From Setoptus koraiensis (lineage: Eukaryota; Animalia; Arthropoda): a stretch of 64,000 bases of DNA. Each line of letters opens with the position of its first letter. Within the stretch, counting starts at the first letter, position 1. Shown here piece after piece: positions 25,321-36,483 of the stretch. The notes below the pieces were generated by a model that was not told where the DNA came from, did no database searches, and worked only from the letters and a program-made list of their open reading frames with translations. The position numbers were made by a program, and so were the translations under genes. The stretch is taken from NCBI GenBank assembly GCA_048013815.1, contig CM106586.1, forward strand, positions 20,708,001 to 20,772,000. The letters are read 5' to 3'.

Positions 25321-28300
25321 GCATTAACGGACTGGACACACACAGCGAGAGACCTAGCTAATACCTAGCTAGGGACAAAGGCAATCTTGTTGATAATACA
25401 GTCTAATATAATTGGACTACCGTTGCAACTATCTTGTGTGTAACGGCGGCTCGCTTGCCATCAAGAGCTTGCCAACTATAGAGCGGCCAGACAGCCCAGT
25501 TGACCAGTGAGCCAGTGCGCCGGGCTCGCAATAAAAAGTGCGAACATTAAGTGGCTAGTGCTACATAATTGATAGTAACAAATACTGGATGCTTATCGGA
25601 TAACTATCACGGACCGGACCATAATAATAATAATAACATAGTTTGGTCCTCTCAGCCGGACTGCCACTTATCCGAGGCCCGCTCGGGCGCCCGAAATGAT
25701 CTGTAAAACAAGCTTTCCGACAAGAAAAATGTTCGTCTCAAAATTGCACCAGCTCAAGCTTTTTGTCCTTCGTGCCTGCAACATGGCCACTAGTTGTTCA
25801 CTGGTTTATCTTACCCAGCTGAGTCTATATTTGTACTAAGCTGTCGGTGGCAGTAGCTAGAGGCAAACGAATCAAGTCATAGATGCACATCTCCTCGAGC
25901 ATTACTCGATTGGTTATATCGGACCGGCGCTAACTGCGAAACTAAATCCTCTCGAGCCCCCAAACCATGGGAAGCGAATCACCTTTGCCATCAGGATGAA
26001 AACAAACAGCACCATTTCATAGAGATAACTTGTCAAGCGAGCAATTGTCGGACTGTTCATGGATATTGTATCATCTATTAATGGACCATTGAGAAGCCAT
26101 GGATATTTTTGTTGCTGTTTCTGGCGCGCATTGGGACGCTAAATGGAGCGCCCCGAGCGGCCAGGTGTGGAACAACCAACAACGTTAGAGTGCAGTGACG
26201 CGAGAGGTGATATAAGTCGTTATTCTGAAGCGCAATGTTTGCGGCCCTCTCTCTCTCTCTCTCTCTCTTTCTTTTCTGCAATAACGTTGGATGGACTGGT
26301 CTAATTAAAACAATGGGCCCTCCATCAATTGATGGCTCACATTCGCAATGGACGTCCGCCGCGAATCCACGGTATTCACGGCCATACATCGGTGGGCCCC
26401 GTGCGTTTAGGTGCAAAAATAGAAATGCGCATTATGATGTGCACATAATTATAGCCATGGGTAGGTGGCAGGTGGCAGCTGGTTTTTCAGTAGTTGCACC
26501 CGCTGTGGGTCGCTAGGTGCAGCTACCGTTAGTAGTATCAGTTGTATGTGTCAGAGCTGAGAACGAGCCGCACGAGAGCACAGTTTCGTTGAGTGTATGT
26601 AGATATGGAGAGCTCCGTCAGGTTTGAAAAGAAACCCAAGTGCAGACTCGGATATCCGTTGTCACGGGGGACCGTTGTCGGCTGGCAAGCTCGCCACGTG
26701 CGTTAGTTGCGCTGGTTGTAACTGTGAATGGATGGCGATTGCAGGTGACTGAGAGAGCCAGCTACACTACCAGCCAGACGAACACTAGCGACGTTGTGAT
26801 AATCCGACAAGGGGTAGTTGTCGCAACAACACAAAAATATACACAACAATGCTCGCTGTCAAGTTATGAAGCTTCTTATGAAACTTTTGCCACCAGCAAC
26901 AGCGGCGAAATCTCGCTAATAGTGAAAGGATTTGCTGGAGCGAGCTTGGCGTGCAAATATAGCACACTAGTAGTAGTGTGAACGTAACTTGCACGTAGCG
27001 TTGCGTAACTTTTCGTTTTGGGGCCCGTGCAGCCCGAGAACGTCCGTTGGACTGGCTTGTTCATTCTTCGCGGCTTGGTGTGCGCTTTGTTTTCTTCGGC
27101 ACGCGCTGCTGTTTGGTTGTTGTCCGGGCGTACGTGTTTGTGCTGGCATTTGTGCGATAATCTCACTGTGAGATTTGGGCTTCTTCGTGTCCTTTCTTCT
27201 CTGGCAAGACACACACACACATAATGAAACAGGCATTGAAACAAGATCGGGCGGCACACGACATGCAGCAACGAGCCGGCTGGCCTGGGGCCCGTCAAGA
27301 CACTTAGCTACATTGCTGGCTACAACGAAGCGTGTCGCCAATATCAGACACAAATGTGACACGGAAATGGCACACACACACACACACACACCCTGGCTTT
27401 GGCAGAGATTGTTGTTGATACGTGTATTTTGGGGCCGATGAGACCATCTTTCAGCTCGGCAATGTCGCTTAAGTTGGCCGCCCGGCACTGGCATTTGTTG
27501 TCGAAGTATCCAGCGGCGACAACAGGCCACAATGACAAGCTGCATAGGCGGTGCCCATGCCACGACAAGATACGTGAGCCGACGACAACGGGTAGAGCGC
27601 CCAACTGGGCCGGGCCGGCCCGGCGCCCGGCCAACGGCTCTAATGAATGTTTGTGTCGTGTGCGAGAATAACAGTAAAAAGTAAAAATAAAAATTGACGA
27701 CGTTCGCCCGAGCCGTTCGAATTAGCGAGCTGTCGCTGGTCGCTGGTCGCTCGGCCCAAAATAAGCTATAATAAACGAGCTATAACAAGCTGTGAGCGCA
27801 ATTACAACCAGTGACAGCGACACTCTCACTCATAATTGTATCGCCGGTGGGCCGGATAATCTCTCACTGGCTCCCACTGACAGTTGCCGGGCTGCCAGCG
27901 CGCCATTGCGTCACTGGGGCTGGCCTCCCGTTGGCAGACTCAATTGTTTCTTCGTGACTCACATGGAAAGGCGGCCCCAGTGGCGACATGTTGTTCGCTT
28001 GACACTTTGGCAGACACGAACACAAAATTTATTCGGCTACGGCAATTAATTATCGCTTGCCGCGTCGCCGATACGACGACTGGTCGGGCTCACTGGGCCC
28101 CGCGTCGCACCCGTTGGGCCGTCTTGTCGGCGACAAATGGCGCACGCGAACACTGGCATCGATAAGAAACTGTGTTGCAATGGTGATGTGTTGTATGTTT
28201 TTATCGCGCCCCTCGGATATATTTCCGAAAATAATAATATAATTGCCCAAAAGCGCCGACAGGGCGATCATCTCGTTATGTGCGATTGCAGCGTAAATTA

Positions 28301-29389
28301 AGTGGTCCCATCAAAGAGCGTGAAAGCGCGAAAATCAGTGCGGCAGCGACAATCTCGTCGTCGAGCATTCACCGGGTTTCGGGTCTAAAAACTGGTCGCC
28401 GCTCAACGGAGGGCCAGTCTGGGCAGAACTGCCCGTTCGGGTACCCGGCCGCGGCTCCAATAATGAGCATGCTCGTTATTGGGGCACCAACGACTTGTGG
28501 CGTCTACAACAGCCAATCTAGTTGCAACCAGGCTAGTTGCGCCTAGGGTCGTTCGCTGACAGCGCACCTATGCGCTGTGATATAAAAGCCATCAAAGTTG
28601 CACCTAGCGGCGAAATTGGCAGCTCGCGAACTGGCTGCCAGCGGCATAAGTTAAACTATTCATGGAAATCACTGAAGTGATTAGAGAGACAAATGACCGG
28701 CGACAATAAGTTCAAGGTCACATGTTAGCTTGCACACAACAAATGGGCCGGTGAGCGCGTGCCAGAAAACAATTGATAATCACGCGCGCTTCTGTCTTGC
28801 TGGGCTGTGAAGCATTTGGCTGGGCCGGCGTTTGGCGGCCAACAACGTTTACCGTTGGCTGGCCGTTGGCGTTTGGCGCAACCAGCCAGCGGCGAGCCGG
28901 ATAATGAGCAAGCATCGAAGCCATTTATCTGGCTTGTTAGTTGGTGTGCCGTTTGTCGCAGTGACATTGCGCACAGAATAAAAGCAACTAGCTGGCGTGC
29001 ATTGTCGCCAGTTGTTCATTGCCGGGGCCCCACAATCAGAGCGGGCACTGTCATAAGTCGCAAGTCATGATTCATGACGGCTCTGCTCTGCTCTGCTTTG
29101 ATTCTGCCATATGGTAATTTCGGGGCCCCAATCCAAATGATAATGGGCAATGCACAATTGTGCTCGTTGAGCTCAAATTGTTATTGTGTGCGACCCAAAG
29201 AGACTTGACAATTTGGCTTCGAGCACGATACCGCTGCACGTGTGTGTGTGTGTGTACTTTGTATGAATGTGAATTGTCGTCTATTTCATGCCGATTGCCA
29301 CGCACTAAACCTGTCAAAGCGCAACGTGGCCACTCTTGACCCGGGCCCCACTTGTCGGCTTGTCGGCCAACATAAGCGCCACTATAAAT

Positions 29390-29419
29390 CTCGATCGGCC
29401 GGCCGGCCGGCCGATCGAG
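29390..29419. repeat. Perfect 30-bp palindrome
   Basis: CTCGATCGGCCGGCC|GGCCGGCCGATCGAG is exactly self-complementary. Confidence 0.95.
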
Positions 29420-31379
29420 TCGCATCTCTTCGCGAACAAATGAATTGGCGAGCTCTTGTCTCAACAACAATGCGCAAAGACACCGCCGGTCGAGGGAAGC
29501 GCCGGTTGGGGGCCCCTCCCGATCGCTGGCATCTCGAATAAATCAGGGCGGCAGCAGCAGCAACAACAACAACAGAGGCCCCACGTTGACATTTGGCCGG
29601 CGGTTGTTAGCTGCGGGCCAGTTGCAGGCGCTGGCGTGTCGCGCAACACAACATCCCACTCTTATCTTGGCGCCTAGACACCGGCCAGCGTGCAACGGCT
29701 CGACGGAATCGCGCCGGGCCCCAAACTCGCTGGCTGCCGCTAACTGTCTGAGTGCCTGCCTCCCACGGCATCGGTGCGGGCTAATGCATCTGAATGCGCT
29801 TCCACTTTGGCCGGCGACATTGACTCTAAACCGGGCAGCTCTGCTCATATCTCGGCCACTCAAATCAATGGCTCGCGCCGGCACGAGCACACGCAACCGG
29901 AAGTGCGCCGCAGCTTGCGAGTTGTGCCGCTGGTGGCGCAAACAGCGCCACCAGCGGTACACAAATTGAATGATGACCGAGTAGCCGAGCGCAACCAAGC
30001 GAGCTGTAACTGTCCAATGTCTAGCCGGTTGTCTAGCCGGTGCTGGCACATGTCGGCCGGTGCTGGCCGGGCATGACAAGAATCAATATGAGCGGGCATC
30101 AATCAATCGCGCGCGGCAGCTCAGTGGGCGTCCAATCAAGCTCGCACGCCGGCCATATAGCGACATTTGCGAAATGTCAGCGACGTTTGCGAAATCTCAG
30201 CGTTGGGCGCGCGTTTGCAGCACGCGCCGGGCCCGGCCAAAACGAACGCGTTGGGCACGTTCGTTTCGGGCAGGCTTGTTACACAATCAAGCCAGTTAGC
30301 TCGACGATGTGCGTCATAGTGACATTTCACACACACACACACACACACAAATACAAGGAATTCATCAAGCTGTCTCACAAATTGTTGGCTTACAGTTTGT
30401 TAGATACAGGGCGACACAAACTGGCGACTCGCATGGGCTCCGCGTTTGGTCGCTTTCTCATTATCGGGGCGCACAGTGTCGATGAGGCGCGCTCATAATC
30501 TCGAGACGGGGCCCTGCCGAGGTGAGTGGCAACTTGCCGGGCCCGGGTATATCCGTAATCTCCGCTGTTGTTGCCTATATTATGTGCCTCATATTGTGGG
30601 CCCTTATGCACTGCTGCGCGCTCACACTGTGCCGCTTATATTAGCCGAATTATCCATATGGAACAGATAAAACCAACTAAAACTACCAACAGCCGAGCTC
30701 GATCGATGCTCATCGGAGTAAATGGGCCGCCACAATAATGTTAATAGATGCCCCATTCATGGTCGCTCGTCGCTTGTGTGGCGCCCTCTCGTCGCCACTG
30801 GCCAGCCATCCAGCAGCAGCAGCAGAATGCTGGCCGGATGGCACAATATTCCATTCTATTTCGTATCCATTCTATTTGAATGATTTTGATCTTCCCATCA
30901 ACGATGCCAAGTCAAAGCCATCATCAATTGTTCCAAGCAACGGGCAAAACTTTTATCATTCACTCTGGCCCGTGATGATGTTGGGACATCTAAATCGAGC
31001 GGCCCAAGATAACGCCATTTAACGTGACGCCGCCGCTATCTGGCACACATATCTGCTTAGATGGTCAGATAGTGGAGGCCGAATCTCGCTAGATACATAG
31101 ATATCCGAGGCCGAGCGTATTTACGGCTGGCCAACGGCTACACAACGAGTAATAAATTGGCTTGCGATCCGTCTTCGCGATGCGATCTGTGCGCCTCAGT
31201 GTTCTAATTGTGATCTCGCCATCAATTGTGGTCTCTGGCGAGTCGTTCGTTTCGAGGTCATTTGTGCCAGCGACATTGTAACTGTCCAACCGTTAATTAC
31301 TGCCCGGGCAGCATTTATTTATTTGACAGTATGCGCCGGTATGAGAGATATTGTGCTGCGTCGCCGATGGTCGCGTCAT

Positions 31380-32200
31380 TACTGTCACCGATCAGCAATA
31401 GATCATGGGAACCGGCTCAAACTGGTGCGCGTCAATCTTGTGGCCGCAAAGTCGCAAATCTCAGCATGCAAGCATCAACTTACACATGTTGAGAAGAAAC
31501 GCATCGTAGATTTTGTTTTTCGGCTGGTAGATCTCGTTTTGTAGCTGTCCGAGACTAACGTCGATCGCCATGAATTATAGGCGCCACGATTGTTGCTTCG
31601 GGCAAATCGCGACAGTGCGACCGTGTGTCGAAGCGGACCTGCCGATTGCAAATCGTGTGAGGCGCTCATGGCCATTCTCGACGACGCTACATTAAAATTG
31701 ACTGCCTTATTAGAGACGAGCGCTGAGAGATTGAGGTCCACCGAAAATTCTCGGTGAATTCGCGACGAAATTCAAACGAGCAGTTTCCGCAATAATCGCA
31801 TTGTTCTCAGATAGTTTGAGAGATTCATGCGTGACGAAGGGCCCCTTTTGTAATGCAATTTTCCAATATGCCCATTCAGAGTGCTTGCTGTGCCCGAGAC
31901 AGCGCCGGAATGGGCTTGATAAATTAAATTTCTAAGCTGATTATTTCGAAATTGGGTGAATTTCGGACGAAAAAAGATAGGAAGCCCATAGGATGCTGCC
32001 CAGAAACGAGACAGTTCACAGTGGCGAGAGTCGGCTGCAAAATGGCTTCAAGTTCGGGCACTCGATATCAACTTCGGGATAACGGCGCCATGTCGCTCGT
32101 TTTCGCGCCAACAGAAATTCAACATGCGCAATGAGGCAGCGTTCGCGCCACCGGCGCCCCCCTGCACTCAATGGTGGATATTCGGGGCCACAGATGGCGC
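31380..32200 (+). mobile_element. Decayed Ty1/copia-like gag-protease relic
   Basis: Helical frame with in-frame stops, CEALMAILDDATLKLTALLETSAERLR...ENSR*IRDEIQ...VLR*FERFMRDEG, resembles copia gag. It is followed by a broken zinc knuckle (G*RRHVARFR, 32063-32106) and TGGTGGATATTCGGGGCCACAGAT, resembling W-V-D-S-G-A-T-D (32172-32195). No LTR or PBS identified. Confidence 0.4.
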
Positions 32201-33022
32201 CATCGGGTGCGGCGCGCTAACGCGTGCCGTCCGTATGCTGTTTCCGATGACATTTCTATGGATCTCATGGCGTTGTGTCGGTGCTTCGAATGATACCTCC
32301 GGGCGGACATATCCGTTTAGATATGTGCACATGACAGAGGCGCCAGACAGTGAGTTGTGTGGGGATGGCCCACAGAAATTGCGGAAATGACATGTTGTGA
32401 GGGGCTCAAAACTAGCACGATTGCAAGGGGCGCAAAACTAGCGCAATTGTGACGGACTTTACCTGGTCACTGAGTGGCGAGTTGCGCCAGCAGATATCTA
32501 TTCGATTAATGTGAAGCCGTCATCCAATCAATAAATCATCAGGGCGGCGTGCCCAGCGACGGTGTCGTTGCGACCAACTGATTCGCGCCTGACAGGTAAT
32601 GAGACAGCGAGGCAGTGTCACAAATGATTTATCAAATTTAATCTAGTCGCTCGCTCGCGATCGACAGCTTATCCACGGCCCAGTCGGCGGACTGTGCCCG
32701 TGAAGCTGGCCGGAATTGGGGCTGTGCGCGCGTCTCAGCTGCTGCCGACGATGGGGCCCGAATCGAGGGATCGCTGCAAAGCGCGCGGAAAATTGCAGCA
32801 TTGTTTCAAGATTGTTTCATCATGGAGGCGCTGCCAAGTTTGGCGCCACTCGTCCGTGTCACCGGCACTGGATCGGCTGACAGTGCCAGCTCGCCTGTCA
32901 GACTGACAATGTCAGTTGACGTCCGATGTCAGTGCTGTGTTTGGACGGGCGCCAGCTATGGGCGTGCTCGCGGATATTGTGTCGTCGTCTCGGGCAGAGA
33001 GAATTTCCGCCCAGAGAGGCGC

Positions 33023-33086
33023 TCGCGATTGTTTTATCCTCACTAGTTGTGAGCGATCACAACTAGTGAGGATAAAACAATCGCGA
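33023..33086. repeat. Perfect inverted repeat: 30-bp arms, 4-nt loop (GCGA on +)
   Basis: TCGCGATTGTTTTATCCTCACTAGTTGTGA-gcga-TCACAACTAGTGAGGATAAAACAATCGCGA, no mismatch. Confidence 0.97.
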
Positions 33087-33099
33087 CGTCGCCAGCAAA

Positions 33100-34563
33100 T
33101 CACTCTGACACGGATACGTCTGGATGTCGCTGTCGTCGCTCACAAATCTCGCTCATGGATGCCGCTGTGTGAGACTCACCTTGAGAAAATGGGGCACTCT
33201 CCAGATAGCTGGAGTTTCGCTTGATTTTGAGCCGGCTGTGCGAGTGGCGCCGCGCCAAGTCCAGCTCGCGCGCCAAACTATCACGACGGGAATCGTTGTC
33301 CGCCGGCGCCGATTGGTCGCTGGCGGGCCCGTCATTGGGGCCCGCAATTTCACTGTTGCTAATGGACTGGGCTGCTTCGGTGGCTTTGTTGGCGGCGGCG
33401 GCGGCCTGGTCTGGGGGCGCCGTTGGTATCATTTGCGTCTTGAGGCGAAGATTGTTATAATTGTAATTGGTGCTTTGCGGCGGTTGTTTGGCGCTGGTGT
33501 TTGTTTTGGCCGCGGCCAAATGAAGCGGCAATTGCGCTATGTCGACACTGTGCCGATGATTCATGCGGCCCCTGTTGGCCACAACATTCAATAATTGTTT
33601 GTCTTTGTTAATGAGCTTCTCATTGAGGTCCTTGAAATACTCTCGGCGCTGCTGAAGACTGTCCTCGAAGATGGACTGCTGCTGTTGTTGCTGCTGCTGC
33701 GATTGCAGCGACAACGACGAGCGCCGCCGCTCGCTCAAATACAACTCGAGGCTCGTTTCCGGCGGCGGCGAGCGCGTTATGTCGTACGGCACCGCGCTGG
33801 TCCGTCTGCCCGCGGTCAGATTGGACAGAGCGGCCCCGATGTGCGACACTATTACCGACGACTTTCGTCTTGCGTAACTGGCCTTCGCGGGCGCTTCCGC
33901 CTGATGTTGCTGTTGTTGCTGTTGTTGCTGCGGTTGCTGTTGTTGCTGCGCTTGCTGTTGTTGGTCTCTTGATTTGTTGCTGGTGTCGCCGGCGTCCGAG
34001 CTTGCCGGCGGCTGTTGTTGCTGCTGGTGCCGACTGGCGGTGGCCCTCTGGTGCCCGTTCTCCTTGTCGGCATCGTCGGGCGAGCCCATCTTTTGTTGTT
34101 TGCTGCTGCTGCTGCTGCCGCCGTTTGCTGACTGTCTAACTGTGAGTGCGGGGGCGCCCCACAAAATTTGCTGCCGTTGCTGCTGCTGCTGCTGCTGTTG
34201 CGACCCTTTATCCGGATCGTCGTGGGCGCTGTAACAATCAATTAGCATGCACTGACTTGACTTTTTATCGCACCATTCACACTTGGCAATCTGTGGCTGT
34301 TGGCCGTGCTGCTGCGACGTTGTCGTTTTAGTCGCGTTGTTGCTTTGTTTGTTGCTGCTCAAGTCGCGCTCACCGCAGCCGCAACAACCAACAAATTCAT
34401 TGTTGTTTACGTAAGAGGGCGCCCACACTGGCCGGCCCGCGCGCTCCACTGCGACTGCTCGGCGGCCGCCCGACTCGGCCGCCAGTGGCGTTGTTTGCGT
34501 TGTAGGCGTCGCTGTTGTTGTTGCTGTTGCTTCCGTTGCCGTTGCCGTCGCTGTTGATGTTGA

Positions 34564-34604
<41 letters not shown>

Positions 34605-35265
34605 ATGTTGCTGTTGCTGTTGATGGTGGCGACGGCGGCGGCGGCGGCGACTCAACTAATGAAGTTTGCGAGCCGCGCCGTGTGGACGGCGGCGTAGACC
34701 CGGTGACGAGTATCAACGGGAATATCGGCCTATCGCCGGCGACCATTCTGCGTGTCTCGCCGGCGGTCACATTCGGCACGTTCGGGCCAACGTGACCGCT
34801 CGGGCCAGCCCGCGACTCGCGACGGCAATGATGATGATGATGGTGATGATGCTGTTGCTGCTGTTGTTGATGGTGGTGATGATGGCGATGTTGGTGTTGA
34901 TGACGCAATCGAGCCCCGTCGCATATAGCCACTGAGCGGCGTCGAGTTGCCGCCGCTGACGAGCCCGCCGGACGCCAGTCAGTCAGCTGACCAAAGGCGC
35001 CAACGGGCTGGTGTGGGCTCGTTTCGCGCCACTCGCCCGTCGGCTGGGCGGAGTGGCCCACCCGACGGTCCGGCCACTCCGCTGACCTGCCGCGACCGGA
35101 ATACCCGTGCGGCTCTGAATAGTCGGCCCGATTGCGGGCATGGCCGGCGTGCTGCTGCTGGCCATTTGTCGTGTCACGGCCGGCATGATTTATATCTGGT
35201 GCACGGGTTGAGTTATGGGCGCCGGTGCCGCCGTCGTCGTCGCAAGGTCGTGTGCCGGTGGCCAT
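33100..35265 (-). CDS. Large low-complexity ORF (721 aa from ATG 35265); probable 5' exon (33180-35265) of the CAP-Gly gene
   Basis: By far the longest ORF outside the gene block; ATG in GCAAATGG context. Contains non-repetitive protein-like blocks (RRKSSVIVSHIGAALSNL, FEDSLQQRREYFKDLNEKLINKDKQLLNVV). Consensus phase-1 donor CAA G|GTGAGT at 33180/33179. Confidence 0.65.
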
Positions 35266-36426
35266 TTGCACAATGGCTGCACAATTGGACCCCTGAATGG
35301 ATTGTAGAGTTGTTCCGAATTGAAAAAGGGACAATTAATTGGGAAAAATTTCGGAAAACACACGACAATCCGCCTAGATACCGGCTGTAGGGCTACGGAT
35401 GCTCGACACGCCGGCTGATGGATTTGGCTCGCTTGATTGCGACGGATTTCGGCTGGTTGATTGCGTCGGGGTGCTGGCGCTGTTCGGTTTGCTGTGCTGG
35501 TTGCTGCTTCGGCTGCCTTGGTCTGCTGCTTTTAGCTGTTTTGGGCGCTTGTTTTTCGGGGGTGCCCCACGCGGCCTTCGGAGGAAACTCACTGGTGTTT
35601 GTTTGTGCGATGTCGTAACGGACTAACAACGAGGATCAATTTGGCGGGCGGCCTTGAACGAGTATCACGGCCGATTGTCGATAATAACTGTATCTGGCTG
35701 TCAACTCGACATGCAGCGGCATTATAACAGCCGATTGAAATGGGGGCGCCGGTGAATGATAATCAGTTGACAAAAATATAGTATGATACGCGCCAACTGG
35801 GGGCGGCCTAGCCAACTAGGCAACTAGGCGGCCCAACCAACTAGGCGGCCCAACCAACAGGACGGCCCAAGTGACTAGACGCACTGTCAACCTGCGCACA
35901 GCCAGCCAATTACGTCAACCGTGTTACTACTACCACCACCACACTTGGGCCGCCTACCACAGGTGTATTGGTGGAAAGGTCTCGGTGGCTGTCGGCTGGA
36001 ACCAGTTCGCGGGCCGGCTAACCAGCCAGTTGTGCATACAGGGTTGGGCGAAATGCAAATCGGCGCACGCCAACCACTTGATAGATCGCTCGCTCTATTG
36101 AATCACTCAGAGGGCGCCCTTGTTGTCGCGTCTCGTCACGTCTTGTCTAGATTTTGCTAGCTCTATTCTTTGGCGCGTTAGGTCGCCTTATTACGGGCGC
36201 AACGACTCAATAACGCGCCAGTTAGTTGTCGCGCGCGGGGGCCCGCGTCTCTCGTCAGCCAGCCGCCACTCGTCGCGAGCGACACAGAAACTTGAGAAAC
36301 CGGCTCACCTGTGCCCGCCGCCCAGTTACTCGAGCTCGCTCAAGCGATTGGCCCCGGCCGGGCTCGCTGGGCCAATTTATGGGTGGTTTAGTGACAAGCT
36401 CGCCCCCGCCGAGCGCGTGCTGCACG

Positions 36427-36427
<1 letters not shown>

Positions 36428-36479
<52 letters not shown>
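36428..36479. repeat. (TG)26 microsatellite
   Basis: Read directly. Confidence 0.96.
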
Positions 36480-36483
<4 letters not shown>

